A stretch of 36,091 nt of DNA, taken from the NCBI GenBank assembly GCA_041494685.1, contig JBGQBE010000030.1:1-36091 (forward strand). The letters are read 5' to 3'. The translations under genes were made by a program, and so were the position numbers. This document shows positions 35,096-36,091 of the stretch, piece by piece. This stretch comes from Dehalococcoidia bacterium. Its GTDB lineage: Bacteria; Chloroflexota; Dehalococcoidia; DSTF01; JACRBR01. Position 1 is the stretch's first letter. Every line of letters begins with the position of its first letter. Under the pieces are notes generated by a model. That model was not told where the DNA came from, ran no database searches, and saw nothing but the letters and a program-made list of their open reading frames with translations.

Positions 35096-36091
35096 GCGAC
35101 CTCCCTCGGACGCGGCACCATCGCCAGCAGCGCCTCGGCGAGCACCGCGCCGGAGTGCTTGCCCGTCGAGACGGACTCCTCGTAGTTGTTGTTGCGGCCG
35201 GTCATCCACTCGTCTTCCGGCAGGAAGTAGCCCAGCGTGTCGTGCGCCAGGCCGAAGAACATGCGGTGGCGCGCGCCCAGTGAGGCCCGCAGCGGCAGCG
35301 CCAGACGGGTCAGCACTTCCCCCGGCGCGGCGAACGCCTCCAGCGCGTCGCCGACGCAGAGATAGCCGCAGTGCGTCGGCAGGTACGTGCGCCCGTCGCG
35401 CCGCACCATGCGCCGCTCCGACATGCCGGCGAGCGCCGCGACGATCTGCGCCAGGTCGGCGCGGCCGGCCGCGTGCAGCGACCGCGACGCGGCGCGCAGG
35501 CCGCCGGCTTTGCCCAGCACCGCCAGCGCGGGCCCCGCGCGTCCGACGGCGTCCTGGACGCGCTGCGAGAGACGCTCGAAGGCCAGCGGGAGTTCCAGTG
35601 GCTCGGTGCGCACGCGCACGAAGCCCTGCACGGCGTCCGGGTGCGCCAGCGATGCGACGGCGGCGTGCGCCACGGCTTCGCCGAGCGAGCGCGCCGCGTC
35701 GAAGCCGTCCTCGGCCGGGTTCACGTCGCCGACGGCGCCGTTCACGTACAGCGCCACGCCGCCAAGTTCGCGCTCGACCGCGTCGGCCGCGTAGCCGCAC
35801 CAGTCGCGCGATACCTCGGTGTTCGCGGGGCCGCTGGCGGTCGGGTGGCAGGCGTAGTTGACGATGGTGGCGACGGGCGCGCCTCGTCGCGTCGTGAAGC
35901 GCAGCGTCGTCAGCGTCTCGTCGGTATCCGGCCAGCCGCGGCGATTCCGTACGACGCCGCCGAGCGCGGTCGTCGCGACGCGCGCGTCGGCAGGCGCGAG
36001 CGCCTGGTGCGCCTGCCAGATGGCGCTCGCGGCGCGGTGCGCGACGTGCGTCTCGTACGCCGCGCCCGTGCCGCCCCACAGGCCCTGCATA
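35092..36091 (-). CDS. Neutral-ceramidase-superfamily-like protein (5' end outside the window)
   Basis: MQGLWG, IVNYACHPT, VSRDW, YVNGAVGDVNP, APGE, GLAHDTLGY and YEESVS motifs. Confidence 0.72.
   Translation of the reverse strand, partial: MQGLWGGTGAAYETHVAHRAASAIWQAHQALAPADARVATTALGGVVRNRRGWPDTDETLTTLRFTTRRGAPVATIVNYACHPTASGPANTEVSRDWCGYAADAVERELGGVALYVNGAVGDVNPAEDGFDAARSLGEAVAHAAVASLAHPDAVQGFVRVRTEPLELPLAFERLSQRVQDAVGRAGPALAVLGKAGGLRAASRSLHAAGRADLAQIVAALAGMSERRMVRRDGRTYLPTHCGYLCVGDALEAFAAPGEVLTRLALPLRASLGARHRMFFGLAHDTLGYFLPEDEWMTGRNNNYEESVSTGKHSGAVLAEALLAMVPRPREVA

Overview
A high-GC bacterial window; leaderless genes and the gene families suggest Chloroflexota or Actinomycetota, which is an inference. 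Positions 1-6898 (minus strand) hold a sterol side-chain degradation-type operon: two DUF35/OB-fold genes, ltp4, ltp3, fadD19, echA19, an NTF2/SnoaL protein and a partial acyl-CoA dehydrogenase. An orphan phage-like PD-(D/E)XK nuclease and a divergent secreted protein follow. Next is a coupled three-gene operon: an EbdA/S25dA/NarG-type molybdoenzyme alpha subunit (no Tat signal, no beta/gamma subunits, only ACG at the expected start position) plus AcoA/AcoB-like E1 subunits without E2/E3. The middle carries a phosphoribosyltransferase, Prs, a tiny zinc-finger protein, hydrolases, an acyl-CoA dehydrogenase, an APH-type kinase, a nitroreductase, a LarA-family protein, a USP, a phosphoesterase, an SDR, membrane proteins, a PAP2 protein, a frameshifted methyltransferase, a CrtI-like oxidoreductase and an M23 peptidase. 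The right end has an integrase C-terminal relic next to tRNA-Trp, a GDPD and a partial ceramidase-like gene. The main hidden pattern is a DosR/OsdR-like 16-bp box, often in pairs 22-23 bp apart, lying 22-24 nt upstream of a TAnnnT hexamer at six promoters including the molybdoenzyme operon. This suggests a hypoxia-type regulon. All family calls come from motif recognition by eye; no database searches were run.
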